From a virus (taxonomy: Duplodnaviria > Caudoviricetes), in the IMG/VR virus record IMGVR_UViG_3300031707_000026, positions 1-53,650 of that record: 53,650 bases of DNA; one strand, given 5' to 3'. The translations under genes were made by a program, and so were the position numbers. The notes below the pieces were generated by a model. That model ran no database searches and was not told where the DNA came from. It worked only from the letters and a program-made list of their open reading frames with translations. The stretch's first letter is position 1. Every line of letters starts with the position of its first letter. Below, in pieces: positions 9,840 through 18,199 of this stretch.

Positions 9840-10248
9840 CCTTTCGAAGTTCTTCGTAGGAATTGACCCTGGGATCACGACCGGGTATGCTATAGTTGAT
9901 GATCAAGGGACTCTCCTCGAGTCAGGGAATCTTCTACACGAGGATCTGAAAGAATCAATGATGTGTAGTGTTGTAGGTCTCCTAGGAGTTTCTGTCATCA
10001 TCGAAGATACTCCAATCCCTACACGATCTCAGATGAATCGAGAACTTCAAGAGATCATCTCAGATCTTCATCAAGTATTCCCAGCCGCTACGACAATCCC
10101 TTCTGGAGTCTGGAAGCAAGCTGAAATCTCAAAAAGATACCCGTTCCCTACAAAACGATTTCCTCACCCGACGCAGCATCAACGAGATGCATATCACCTC
10201 GTGATGTTCTTCATCAACTCTCAGAAAATCAAGGAGGCACATGAATAA
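9823..10248 (+). CDS. RuvC-like Holliday junction resolvase
   Basis: VGIDPGITTGYA, VIIE and HQRDA RNase H-fold catalytic motifs. Confidence 0.75.
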   Translation: MTILSNLSKFFVGIDPGITTGYAIVDDQGTLLESGNLLHEDLKESMMCSVVGLLGVSVIIEDTPIPTRSQMNRELQEIISDLHQVFPAATTIPSGVWKQAEISKRYPFPTKRFPHPTQHQRDAYHLVMFFINSQKIKEAHE

Positions 10249-11227
10249 CACAGTCTCTGTCACAGAACTTCGCGACTTCCTTGACTGTCGCAGAAAAAGC
10301 GTACTTCTCTCGAAGTGGAGACCGATCAAGCCAGAACCTGCTCTGTGGTTTGGGACGATCGTTCATGCAGGGCTTGCTGGGTACTACTCTCACGAACGAG
10401 ATCGAAATGCCGGGAGAGAAGCTCTGAAGAAGTGTGCTGAAGACTCGCTGTCGAAGATCTCTCGAGAGTTCAGTCAGATTTGGTTGAACATTCATCAAGA
10501 ATTCGACGACTACTGGGACACAGCTTGGAAGGTATATCAGAACTATGTTAACTATGATGCAGAAGAATCTCTTGTTGGAGACATCGTCGACGTTGAGAAA
10601 CGATACACTGTTAGGCTCCCCAACTCTGATGTTACTCTCACTGGTCAGATCGACTTAGTTCTAGATAGAGCTGATGGGCTTTGGGTTGTAGATCACAAGA
10701 CTGCAAGTCGACCCTTAGAGTCAGCTGCTCTCGAAGTTGATGAGCAGGTTACAGGGTACATATATCTCGTCTGGAAGAAGACAGGAAAGATCCCTCAAGG
10801 GTTCTTATTCAATACTCTAGTGAAGAGTGTCCCGATGCCCCCGGCTGTCTTGAAGGGCGGAGGCTTGTCAAGAGCTCAAGATCAACCTACAACAACTGCA
10901 TTGTATCTCGAAGAGATTCAGCGTCGCAGCTTGAATCTCGACGACTACAAAGACTATCTCACCCTCTTGAAAGCAAGAGGATGGAAGCGATACTTCATCA
11001 GAGAAGGAGGTCATCGTAACTTGTCAGAACTGCGTGCGTTCGAGAAGCGTACTATCACAAAAGCTGAAGATATCCAAAAAAGTATTTTGCATCCTGATAC
11101 TTATGCGTATCCTGCGCCGTCCGTATATCGTTGCGGGTATTGCCCGTTGATTGCAGTATGTAAGGCCAAGGATGATGGGGGTGATTTTCAAGCCTTACTA
11201 GATTCACAGTTCGCGAGGATAGCATGA
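10241..11227 (+). CDS. PD-(D/E)XK (RecB/Cas4-like) exonuclease
   Basis: GTIVH, GQIDLV, VDHKT; N-terminal C plus C-terminal CxxCP..C. Confidence 0.85.
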   Translation: MNNTVSVTELRDFLDCRRKSVLLSKWRPIKPEPALWFGTIVHAGLAGYYSHERDRNAGREALKKCAEDSLSKISREFSQIWLNIHQEFDDYWDTAWKVYQNYVNYDAEESLVGDIVDVEKRYTVRLPNSDVTLTGQIDLVLDRADGLWVVDHKTASRPLESAALEVDEQVTGYIYLVWKKTGKIPQGFLFNTLVKSVPMPPAVLKGGGLSRAQDQPTTTALYLEEIQRRSLNLDDYKDYLTLLKARGWKRYFIREGGHRNLSELRAFEKRTITKAEDIQKSILHPDTYAYPAPSVYRCGYCPLIAVCKAKDDGGDFQALLDSQFARIA

Positions 11228-11230
11228 ATT

Positions 11231-11273
11231 CTAATCTAACTTTAAGGCTCTCTTAATCTTGATCAAATAGACT
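11231..11273 (+). promoter_or_regulatory. Promoter with 11-bp-phased YTAA boxes and a TAGACT -10
   Basis: CTAAT 11231, TTAAG 11242, TTAAT 11253; TAGACT at +15. Confidence 0.55.
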
Positions 11274-11297
11274 TAAGTTCATTCGGAGGACAATCGT

Positions 11298-12062
11298 ATG
11301 GAAATCACTCAACCTGAAAGTAACCGTTTTCTCAAGTGTCTAATCTTCGCTCCCTCGGGGCAGGGAAAGACACGCTTCATCGCGACTGCAAATGATGACG
11401 AACGAACAGCCCCAATGCTCCTGCTCGACTACGAAGGAGGCACTCAATCCTTAGTCGGTCGTAAGATCGACATTGTTCGCATCACTTCGTGGGATGATTA
11501 CAATCAAGTGTATGCGATGTTAAGTGGGACTGAGCACCAGTTCAAGTCTGTCGGACTCGATTCGATCTCTGAGACACATCTGTTCGCTCTCTTGTCTCTA
11601 CTTACGCAGGGTGACAAAACCCGAAAAATCCCAGATCTGCTGGAGCAGGGAGATTACGGGATTGCTCTTGTTCAGATGCGACGCTTTCTCCGAACATTTC
11701 GTGACTTGCCGATGCATCTCTTTGCAACAGCAATGTCGAAGTCTGACATCGATCCTCGTGAAGGCACTGTCATCAAACCAGCATTAGTGGGAGCTCTAGC
11801 AGACGAAGTGCCTGGGATCTTCGATCTCGTCTCGTATCTCGCGACTACATCTATCTTGAATCCAGAGACTCAAGAAGACGAAATTCATCGCGTGATGGTC
11901 CTGCAGAACTATCCCAAGTTCCGTACAAAAGCTCGCATTCCTGAGGGTCTTGATGCTGAAGTACCTGATGAGATTGTCGACCCTACTGTTACATCCTTGA
12001 TGGATGTACTTCACTTCCCAAAAGCTACTGGGAAGACTTCTAAGAAGGAAGGAAGCAAATGA
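11298..12062 (+). CDS. Sak4-like AAA_24 ATPase / single-strand annealing protein
   Basis: APSGQGKT Walker A, LDYEGG, LDSISE, DYG; located between exonuclease and SSB. Confidence 0.8.
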   Translation: MEITQPESNRFLKCLIFAPSGQGKTRFIATANDDERTAPMLLLDYEGGTQSLVGRKIDIVRITSWDDYNQVYAMLSGTEHQFKSVGLDSISETHLFALLSLLTQGDKTRKIPDLLEQGDYGIALVQMRRFLRTFRDLPMHLFATAMSKSDIDPREGTVIKPALVGALADEVPGIFDLVSYLATTSILNPETQEDEIHRVMVLQNYPKFRTKARIPEGLDAEVPDEIVDPTVTSLMDVLHFPKATGKTSKKEGSK

Positions 12063-12559
12063 CCAAGCAAATCCAGATCGATTTCGGCGCAGTTGAAGAC
12101 TTCGCTGCCCTCCCTGATGGGAGCTATCCTGTCGCTGTCGATCACGTCGAGATGCGTGATTCGAAGTCCAGTGACATCCCCTATCTAAGTTGGGACTTGA
12201 TCGTGAGCGGCGACGAGTATGCAGGTCGTCATCTGTTCTTCACGACATCCCTCTCGGAGAAGAGCCTGTGGCGGTTGAAAGCTGTCCTGAACAACCTACA
12301 CATTCTCGAAGATCAGATGTCCTTCGAAGTTGATGAAGAGTCGAAGTACATCATCTCACCTGAGCTGGCTGGCTTGCCAGCTATTGCAATCGTCTCGACA
12401 GAGATCTATCAAGGACGTACTCAAAATCGTGTCGAAGATCTCGTGAGTGCAGAAGAAGCTCCTATTGTCAAGCCTGCACTAGTCAAGACTACCAAAGCTG
12501 CTGGTCCAACAGCTCCTCCTTCAACTACCAAGAAAGCTCCAGCTCTCAAGCTTCGATAA
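12059..12559 (+). CDS. DUF669-like ssDNA-binding protein
   Basis: DF.ALPDGSY, EYAGRHLF, SLWRLK, YQGRTQNRV pattern; follows Sak4-like gene. Confidence 0.7.
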   Translation: MTKQIQIDFGAVEDFAALPDGSYPVAVDHVEMRDSKSSDIPYLSWDLIVSGDEYAGRHLFFTTSLSEKSLWRLKAVLNNLHILEDQMSFEVDEESKYIISPELAGLPAIAIVSTEIYQGRTQNRVEDLVSAEEAPIVKPALVKTTKAAGPTAPPSTTKKAPALKLR

Positions 12560-12726
12560 TCTCTCGACTGTGCATCGGCTGTGAAACTGGTGTCGAAGTC
12601 GTCCCTTGTGTCCATCCAACCAAGGCTATTAGCCAGTCGACAAGTGAGACTCCAACGCAGCTTACGCTGTTGTAATGGCGCTCACAGGAAAAGGTAAGCC
12701 GAGCCGGACAGTGTAACCGGCATCGA

Positions 12727-12799
12727 TGCGGGGTGGAGCAGCGGTTAGCTCGCGTGGCTCATAACCACGAGGTCGCGGGTTCAAATCCCGCCCCCGCTA
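12727..12799 (+). tRNA. tRNA-Met(CAT), initiator (fMet)-like
   Basis: TGCGGGG/CCCCGCT acceptor with 1:72 mismatch, TGGAGCAGC D-arm, CTCATAA loop, GGTTCAAATCC T-arm; no encoded CCA. Confidence 0.92.
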
Positions 12800-12821
12800 C
12801 TTATTTGTAGAGAGGAGTGTT

Positions 12822-13010
12822 ATGCAGACTCAAGATAAGAGTTCAGGCACAAAATGGTGGCTAAAGATTGTAGGTCCTCCTGATCAGCTAGTTAAAGTCT
12901 CGAGAAGAGTTCACGAGCCAGTCAAGCCTGCATCGAACAATCAACCTGCACACGTTGATGTACCAGCGAGAAAAGTTGGCAGAATCCCGTTCTTTCAGAA
13001 GGAGGACTAG
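12822..13010 (+). CDS. Small hypothetical protein heading the deazaguanine cassette
   Basis: GAGGAG RBS; stop abuts the GNAT start. Confidence 0.5.
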   Translation: MQTQDKSSGTKWWLKIVGPPDQLVKVSRRVHEPVKPASNNQPAHVDVPARKVGRIPFFQKED

Positions 13011-13670
13011 ATGAGTAATTTCAGAATTCGATTTGCTACACTCAAGGATCTTGACGAGATCCAGAATCTCTTCAATCACCCAGACATCATTGCTGGGCTT
13101 GGTGGCTTCACAATGAGAGATCAAATTCGAGACTGCATCAAGGTCCGCCCATCTCTTTGGGTTGCAGATCTCGATGATAAGATTGTCGGGGCTCACATGT
13201 TCGGGGGTCGCCCACAAAGTCATATGATCAAGCTTGGACATGTTGGAGTTCTTCCCGAGTATCGCCGCCAGCGAATCGAGACATCATTGTACTTCACAGC
13301 AGTAGCACAAGCTGTCCTCGAGGGTCGTCGATTGATTGAAGATACTATCGTAGGCGACAACGAAGCTCAGAAGATTGCTCTGCCGACGATGGGATTTCGC
13401 CTTGCTGGAGAGCTCGTTCATCGAACTGGCTCAGAGAAGTCGATCTTCTTGTATCAGCTCTCTCTACTCTGGGACAAGGCTTGGAGTCTGATCTACTCGC
13501 GATGTCCCCCAGATCTCTGGATCGAACTTAAGACGAACTCATACACATCAGATCTTTGGGAGAAGAACATGACGCTCTATACTTCGAAGAACAGCAAAGC
13601 TTCAACAATTGTTGTATTGATACGCAAGTTTCTTGAAGGAAGCCCAAATGTTCAAATCTTCAGAGAATAG
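13011..13670 (+). CDS. GNAT-family N-acyltransferase
   Basis: IRFATLKDLDEI start, VADLDDKIVG, HVGVLPEYRRQRI (motif A-like), DNEAQ..LPTMGF (motif B-like). Confidence 0.8.
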   Translation: MSNFRIRFATLKDLDEIQNLFNHPDIIAGLGGFTMRDQIRDCIKVRPSLWVADLDDKIVGAHMFGGRPQSHMIKLGHVGVLPEYRRQRIETSLYFTAVAQAVLEGRRLIEDTIVGDNEAQKIALPTMGFRLAGELVHRTGSEKSIFLYQLSLLWDKAWSLIYSRCPPDLWIELKTNSYTSDLWEKNMTLYTSKNSKASTIVVLIRKFLEGSPNVQIFRE

Positions 13671-14082
13671 TTCTTTTGAAGCTCTAGGTAAGACAGTTCG
13701 GGGTGCTCGCAAGCAGCTTGAGACATTCCCAACACCCAAAGGTGTTACTCATGTAACCATGACGAGTCACGAATTTACTTCTGTTTGCCCGATTACAGGA
13801 CAACCAGACTTCGGGTCTGTCGAGATCTCTTATAACCCGCGCGACAAGTGTCTAGAGTCTAAGAGTTTGAAACTATACTTGATGACATTTCGTGAAGCAG
13901 GAACGTTTTGTGAGGCTCTAGCAGCAGAGATTGCTCGAGACGTTCAAGACGTTCTTGATGCGACGAGTGTGAAAGTTACAGTCACACAAGTCCCTCGAGG
14001 AGGGATTGAGATTAGAGCAGAAGCTGTTGCGTGGGCACCCAAGTTGAAAGGAGGTGGCTGTAACTTACCAATGCAGGGCTAG
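13648..14082 (+). CDS. queF: PreQ0 nitrile reductase QueF (unimodular)
   Basis: EFTSVCPITGQPDFG (catalytic C and D), QueF signature ESKSLKLYL, PRGGI. Confidence 0.92.
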   Translation: MFKSSENSSFEALGKTVRGARKQLETFPTPKGVTHVTMTSHEFTSVCPITGQPDFGSVEISYNPRDKCLESKSLKLYLMTFREAGTFCEALAAEIARDVQDVLDATSVKVTVTQVPRGGIEIRAEAVAWAPKLKGGGCNLPMQG

Positions 14083-14088
14083 TCCCCC

Positions 14089-14123
14089 AGATGGTCGAAG
14101 CAACCCATTTCAAACAAAAGGAG
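14089..14123 (+). ncRNA. preQ1-I riboswitch-like aptamer in the yhhQ leader
   Basis: AGATGG-TCGAAGCAAC-CCATTT stem-loop, then CAAACAAAA running into the SD GGAG; same layout as the T. tengcongensis-type preQ1-I aptamer. Confidence 0.5.
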
Positions 14124-14130
14124 TATCATA

Positions 14131-14769
14131 ATGTTTCGCAAACGCTTCTCATTCCTGTTCGTCGTCTTGGTCGCTCTGTCTTCAGTAGCCTTGATCGTGT
14201 CCAACATCATAGCTGGAAAGCTCTGGCAAGCACCTTTCGGGTTGATCTTTACTACAGCTGTCTGGCTGTTCCCGATCGTCTACATCCTGAACGATGTGAT
14301 CCCAGAATGTTATGGCTTGAAGACAGCTCAGAAAGTTATCTTCACAGCCTTTGGGTTGAATGCCCTGGCTGTTCTATTCTTCTACATCTGCTTGTGGCTT
14401 CCAGCTCCAGTCTTCTGGCAGAATCAAGCAGCCTTTCAGACAGTCTTGGGATTTACCGTTCGACTCTTGATTGCTTCGTTTGCTGGGTACCTGGCCGGCT
14501 CTAACTTGAACGTCTGGATCATGGTAACTATCAAGAAGCTAACTCACGAGAAGTACTTGTGGGTTCGAACGATTACTTCGACGATCTTCGGCGAGTACTT
14601 GGACACCTTGATCTTCGCATCCATCGCCTTCTATGGGACGATGCCACTTTCAGCTCTAGGATCCTTGATTCTCTCGATGGGAGCTTTCAAGATCCTCTAC
14701 GAAGTCTGTGCTACCCCATTGACATACATCGTTGTTAACTGGGTCAAGAAAGTCGAGAAAGAAACATGA
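14131..14769 (+). CDS. yhhQ: Queuosine-precursor (preQ0/preQ1) transporter, YhhQ/VUT family
   Basis: SNIIAGK, FPIVYILNDVIPECYG, ASFAGYLAG, LWVRTITST..GEYLDT.IF..IAFYG. Confidence 0.9.
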   Translation: MFRKRFSFLFVVLVALSSVALIVSNIIAGKLWQAPFGLIFTTAVWLFPIVYILNDVIPECYGLKTAQKVIFTAFGLNALAVLFFYICLWLPAPVFWQNQAAFQTVLGFTVRLLIASFAGYLAGSNLNVWIMVTIKKLTHEKYLWVRTITSTIFGEYLDTLIFASIAFYGTMPLSALGSLILSMGAFKILYEVCATPLTYIVVNWVKKVEKET

Positions 14770-15143
14770 TTGAGACACGAATCTGTAAAGAATTTACATT
14801 CGAAGCTTCTCATCAACTCCCCAATCACAAAGGGAAGTGCAAGAACCTTCATGGGCACTCGTATCGAGTTCAAGTCGAACTCTCAGGAGAGATCAACTTA
14901 GTAGAGGGAGCCTCTGATGAAGGGATGATCACAGACTTCGGAGATCTCTCAGAGATCGTCAAGACTGAAGTTCTCGATCGATTTGATCATCATCACTTGA
15001 ATGATCTGATCGTAGCTGTCCCGACAGTAGAGATTCTAGCAATGATCATCTTCAAGATCATCCGAAGAAAGACATCGAAAGTCTCCCGAGTTCGTATCTA
15101 TGAGACAGCTACATCGTATGCAGAGGTAGTTGATGTCGAATAG
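14766..15143 (+). CDS. queD: 6-carboxytetrahydropterin synthase QueD
   Basis: FEASHQL, CKNLHGHSY, DFGDL, DHHHLND, PTVE, ETATS. Confidence 0.93.
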   Translation: MIETRICKEFTFEASHQLPNHKGKCKNLHGHSYRVQVELSGEINLVEGASDEGMITDFGDLSEIVKTEVLDRFDHHHLNDLIVAVPTVEILAMIIFKIIRRKTSKVSRVRIYETATSYAEVVDVE

Positions 15144-15816
15144 CTTTCCTGTCGTCGAGATCTTTGGGCCTACTCTTCAAGGAGAAGGCCCTCAGATCGG
15201 CCTCAGATCAACATTTGTTCGATTTGCTGGCTGCGATCTTCGCTGTACATGGTGTGATTCGATGCATGCTGTCTCGTCTAATCCAAGAACGAAGATGCTC
15301 TCAATTGAAGAGATTCTATCGCGTATTCGATCTCTTCTTGAAGTCGAGTGGGTCGTCCTGACAGGAGGAAACCCTCTATTATATGACTTGAGTGATCTCG
15401 TGTCTCGTCTTCAATCGGGAGGGTATCGAGTAGCTGTTGAAACTCAAGGAACACTCTGGAAGCCTTGGATAACTTGGGTCGACTGTCTCGTTGTCTCTCC
15501 TAAACCCAAGTGGTCTCAGCCTGAAGCATATCAACAACGAACATGCGTAGATCATCGATTCGAACATCTTCGAAAAAGCGAGTTCTACAAGATCGTTGTC
15601 TTCGAAGAAAGAGATCTCGATTTTGCTGAACAGTTCTCTGAAGTCGGAGATCATCTCTATCTATCATGTGGGACTCTCCCAACAGACTCTTCAAGTGATG
15701 TTCTTCAGAGACTTCGAGATCTGACGAAGAGATCTTTTGATCGTCCTGCTCTTCGAAGTGCCTATTTTCTCCCACAGCTTCATGTTCTTCTGTGGGGACA
15801 CAAGCGAGGTGTGTAG
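15133..15816 (+). CDS. queE: 7-carboxy-7-deazaguanine synthase QueE (radical SAM)
   Basis: EIFGPTLQGEG, FVRFAGCDLRCTWCDS, LTGGNP, ETQG, SPKP, PQLH. Confidence 0.93.
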   Translation: MSNSFPVVEIFGPTLQGEGPQIGLRSTFVRFAGCDLRCTWCDSMHAVSSNPRTKMLSIEEILSRIRSLLEVEWVVLTGGNPLLYDLSDLVSRLQSGGYRVAVETQGTLWKPWITWVDCLVVSPKPKWSQPEAYQQRTCVDHRFEHLRKSEFYKIVVFEERDLDFAEQFSEVGDHLYLSCGTLPTDSSSDVLQRLRDLTKRSFDRPALRSAYFLPQLHVLLWGHKRGV

Positions 15817-15817
15817 A

Positions 15818-16375
15818 ATGTCTGATCGACTTGAGACTCTCATTGAGAGCCTTCTGATAGAATCTGGAGATGACTATACTCGAGAAGGGCTCAAAGATAC
15901 TCCTCGAAGAGTCGCTGCTGCCTATCGAGAGATGTGGGCAGGGTATGGTCAAGATCCTGCAGCAATCCTTCGAACTTTCGATTCTGAAGGACATCACGAC
16001 TTGATCTCAGTCACTCAGATTCCTTTCTATTCGACATGCGAGCATCATTTGTTGCCGTTCTTCGGAGTAGCTCATATTGGGTACATCCCTGAAGACAAGA
16101 TCATCGGGATCTCAAAAATTGCTCGAGTCGTCGAAATCTTTGCTAGACGACTTCAAGTCCAAGAGAGACTGACAGCGCAAGTTGCTGATACGTTGTTCGA
16201 AGAGCCTCTTGGGCCTCAAGGAGTCATTGTTGTGCTTCAAGCTGAACATCTGTGCATGGCAATGCGAGGCATTCTGAAGCCTGGGACGATTACAACAACA
16301 TCAGCAATTCGAGGAATCTTTGTCGATGATGTCGATCTTCGAGCTGAATTCTTATCTTTGATTCAAAAGAGGTGA
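15818..16375 (+). CDS. folE: GTP cyclohydrolase I
   Basis: REGLKDTPRRVA, STCEHHLLPFFG, GISKIAR, RRLQVQERLT, HLCMAMRG. Confidence 0.95.
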   Translation: MSDRLETLIESLLIESGDDYTREGLKDTPRRVAAAYREMWAGYGQDPAAILRTFDSEGHHDLISVTQIPFYSTCEHHLLPFFGVAHIGYIPEDKIIGISKIARVVEIFARRLQVQERLTAQVADTLFEEPLGPQGVIVVLQAEHLCMAMRGILKPGTITTTSAIRGIFVDDVDLRAEFLSLIQKR

Positions 16376-17040
16376 CTATGAGTGCTGTCTTACTACTTTC
16401 TGGAGGGCTCGACTCAGGAACTCTCTTGACGAAACTCTATCACGAAAGCATCGATGTCATCCCTCTATCTATCGACTATGGCCAGAGGCACAGAGGTGCT
16501 GAGGGAGAGGCTGCTCAACATCTATCAGACTTCTTCAGAGTACCCCTGAAAACTTTATCTCTCGAAGATGTCTTCTCTTTTATTCCCATGGGAGCTCTCT
16601 TGAGTACCACACCCATGCCTCATCTGTCGTATCAAGAACTGGCAGAAGAGGTTGGCCCTTCCCCGACGTATGTTCCCTTCCGGAATGCAGTCTTGATTTC
16701 AGCTGCAGTCTCGATAGCTCTTCAAATCGAAGCAGACTCAGTCTACATTGCTACTCATGCTGAAGATGCTCGTAATTGGGCCTACCCTGATTGTACCCCT
16801 GAGTTTAACGGCTCCATGGCGGCAGCAGTCTATGTTGGGACGTACTCGAAGGCCCGGCTGTTCACTCCCTTCCAGTGGATGATGAAGCGAGACATCGTTA
16901 AGCTCGGCCACGAGCTGAATGCTCCGTTCCACTTAATGTGGTCTTGCTACGAAGGAGATCTGACTCCTTGTAGAAAATGTCCCACATGCATAGAAAGAGC
17001 AGAAGCCTTTCGAGCAAATGGTCTTAAAGACCCTATGTAA
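16372..17040 (+). CDS. queC: 7-cyano-7-deazaguanine synthase QueC
   Basis: LSGGLDS, YGQRH, TYVPFRN, YPDC, WSCY...CRKCPTC; no glutamine amidotransferase fusion. Confidence 0.95.
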   Translation: MTMSAVLLLSGGLDSGTLLTKLYHESIDVIPLSIDYGQRHRGAEGEAAQHLSDFFRVPLKTLSLEDVFSFIPMGALLSTTPMPHLSYQELAEEVGPSPTYVPFRNAVLISAAVSIALQIEADSVYIATHAEDARNWAYPDCTPEFNGSMAAAVYVGTYSKARLFTPFQWMMKRDIVKLGHELNAPFHLMWSCYEGDLTPCRKCPTCIERAEAFRANGLKDPM

Positions 17041-17074
17041 GTAAATCGACTCGCAGGCTAGACCTGCGAGCCTC

Positions 17075-17150
17075 GGGCCCGTAGTTCAACTGGGAGAACC
17101 ACTTGTTGCCTCCCGGCAAGTGATAGAGTGTTCGAGTCCTCTCGGGTCCA
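17075..17150 (+). tRNA. Aberrant tRNA-like gene (pseudo-tRNA, anticodon not assignable)
   Basis: GGGCCCG/CGGGTCC-A acceptor, TAGTTC..GAAC D-arm, GTTCGAGTC T-loop; anticodon arm CACTTG/CAAGTG has an 11-nt loop and the T-stem has a bulge. Confidence 0.6.
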
Positions 17151-17237
17151 CTCAAAATTGCTCAAAATCTTAGGGTATAAAGATACCCTTCTCACTAAAT
17201 GGACATGTCCTAGACAGTCCTACAAGGAGATTCTACT

Positions 17238-17513
17238 ATGCCAAGCTTTGTTGAAGTGGTCCAAGAAGAAATTCAAGAGTGTCAAAAGATCATCCAGATT
17301 CACAGTGAAGCTGGAGAGAATGCTGTTGTTCCCATCGAGCAGATGTTTCCTCACGGGATTTCTGATGTAACCTACACGATCTTTATGAAGGCTGCTCGAG
17401 CAATCGGGTACGAGATCTCGGGAGACGAGGATCGAGTTCGTGAGGAAGTTCGCGACATAGTAAATTACTGTGGGTTTCTCTTGGCACTTCTGAGAAAGAG
17501 AGACTGGTCATGA
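17238..17513 (+). CDS. Nucleotide-modification-associated domain 1 (Nmad1/DUF1599)-like protein
   Basis: K..R...EEVRDIVNY helical motif; AAGGAG RBS; inside the modification locus. Confidence 0.55.
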   Translation: MPSFVEVVQEEIQECQKIIQIHSEAGENAVVPIEQMFPHGISDVTYTIFMKAARAIGYEISGDEDRVREEVRDIVNYCGFLLALLRKRDWS

Positions 17514-18196
17514 CGCTTTCAATTCCCTCAACTGTTATTCGAGAGCTCAAGCATCTTGTGCTACTCTCCCCCTCTCGATTTCCTGTTCGAGTCATCTTCG
17601 AAGAGGTACCCGAAGATCTCTTCCCGTCTAAAGCTGTCAAAGTAGGTCCCTCGATCTATCGCAAGTTCATCTGCGAAGATTTGTGTAGCGTATGTTGTCG
17701 ATCCTTCGGCCCTCTTACTCTAGACTATCTCCCGATAGAGTCTGAGTGGTTGAAGCTCGATCCACAAACTCAATCAATGTTCGAAGAAAAGTCTATTTGG
17801 GTTGACGAGACCAAGAAGGTATTCTACTCTCTCGTCAAATCTAAAGAGTACTGTCCTCTTGCATCGTCGAGAGGGTGTAGCGTGTGGCCTCGAAATCCCT
17901 TAGCATGCGCAGCCTCGGCACGTATTCAGATCTCGAAATACCTCGAGACGACGATGATCTTGAAGAAGGGATTCTCTCGAGAGTGGCGATGGGCTGAACG
18001 AGCTCAATGCGAGTATCTTGACATTCTCGAGTGGGATGCTTCAGAACTCGGGAAGGATCTTCAGATTCTTGATCGTTATGAAGCTTGGGCGAAGTACTTT
18101 AATATCCCTACAATCGTCTCTGAGATTTGTACGAACTTGACAGCATCGTACCTTCTCGAGAAGATCATACCGTTCCAGTGTAATTTTGAGGAGTAG
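17510..18196 (+). CDS. CxxxCxxCC Fe/Zn-chelating protein (YkgJ/FliB-like; candidate DpdM-like preQ1 methyltransferase)
   Basis: CEDLCSVCC...CPLASSRGCSVWPRNPLAC; immediately upstream of the dpdA-like gene. Confidence 0.55.
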   Translation: MTLSIPSTVIRELKHLVLLSPSRFPVRVIFEEVPEDLFPSKAVKVGPSIYRKFICEDLCSVCCRSFGPLTLDYLPIESEWLKLDPQTQSMFEEKSIWVDETKKVFYSLVKSKEYCPLASSRGCSVWPRNPLACAASARIQISKYLETTMILKKGFSREWRWAERAQCEYLDILEWDASELGKDLQILDRYEAWAKYFNIPTIVSEICTNLTASYLLEKIIPFQCNFEE

Positions 18197-18199
18197 TGC

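Noticed and set aside
17151-17190. Fifth phased-box promoter before the Nmad1-like gene
   Set aside because: CAAAAT boxes are 10 bp apart and the -10 offset does not match; AGGGTAT/ATACCCT is better explained as a hairpin
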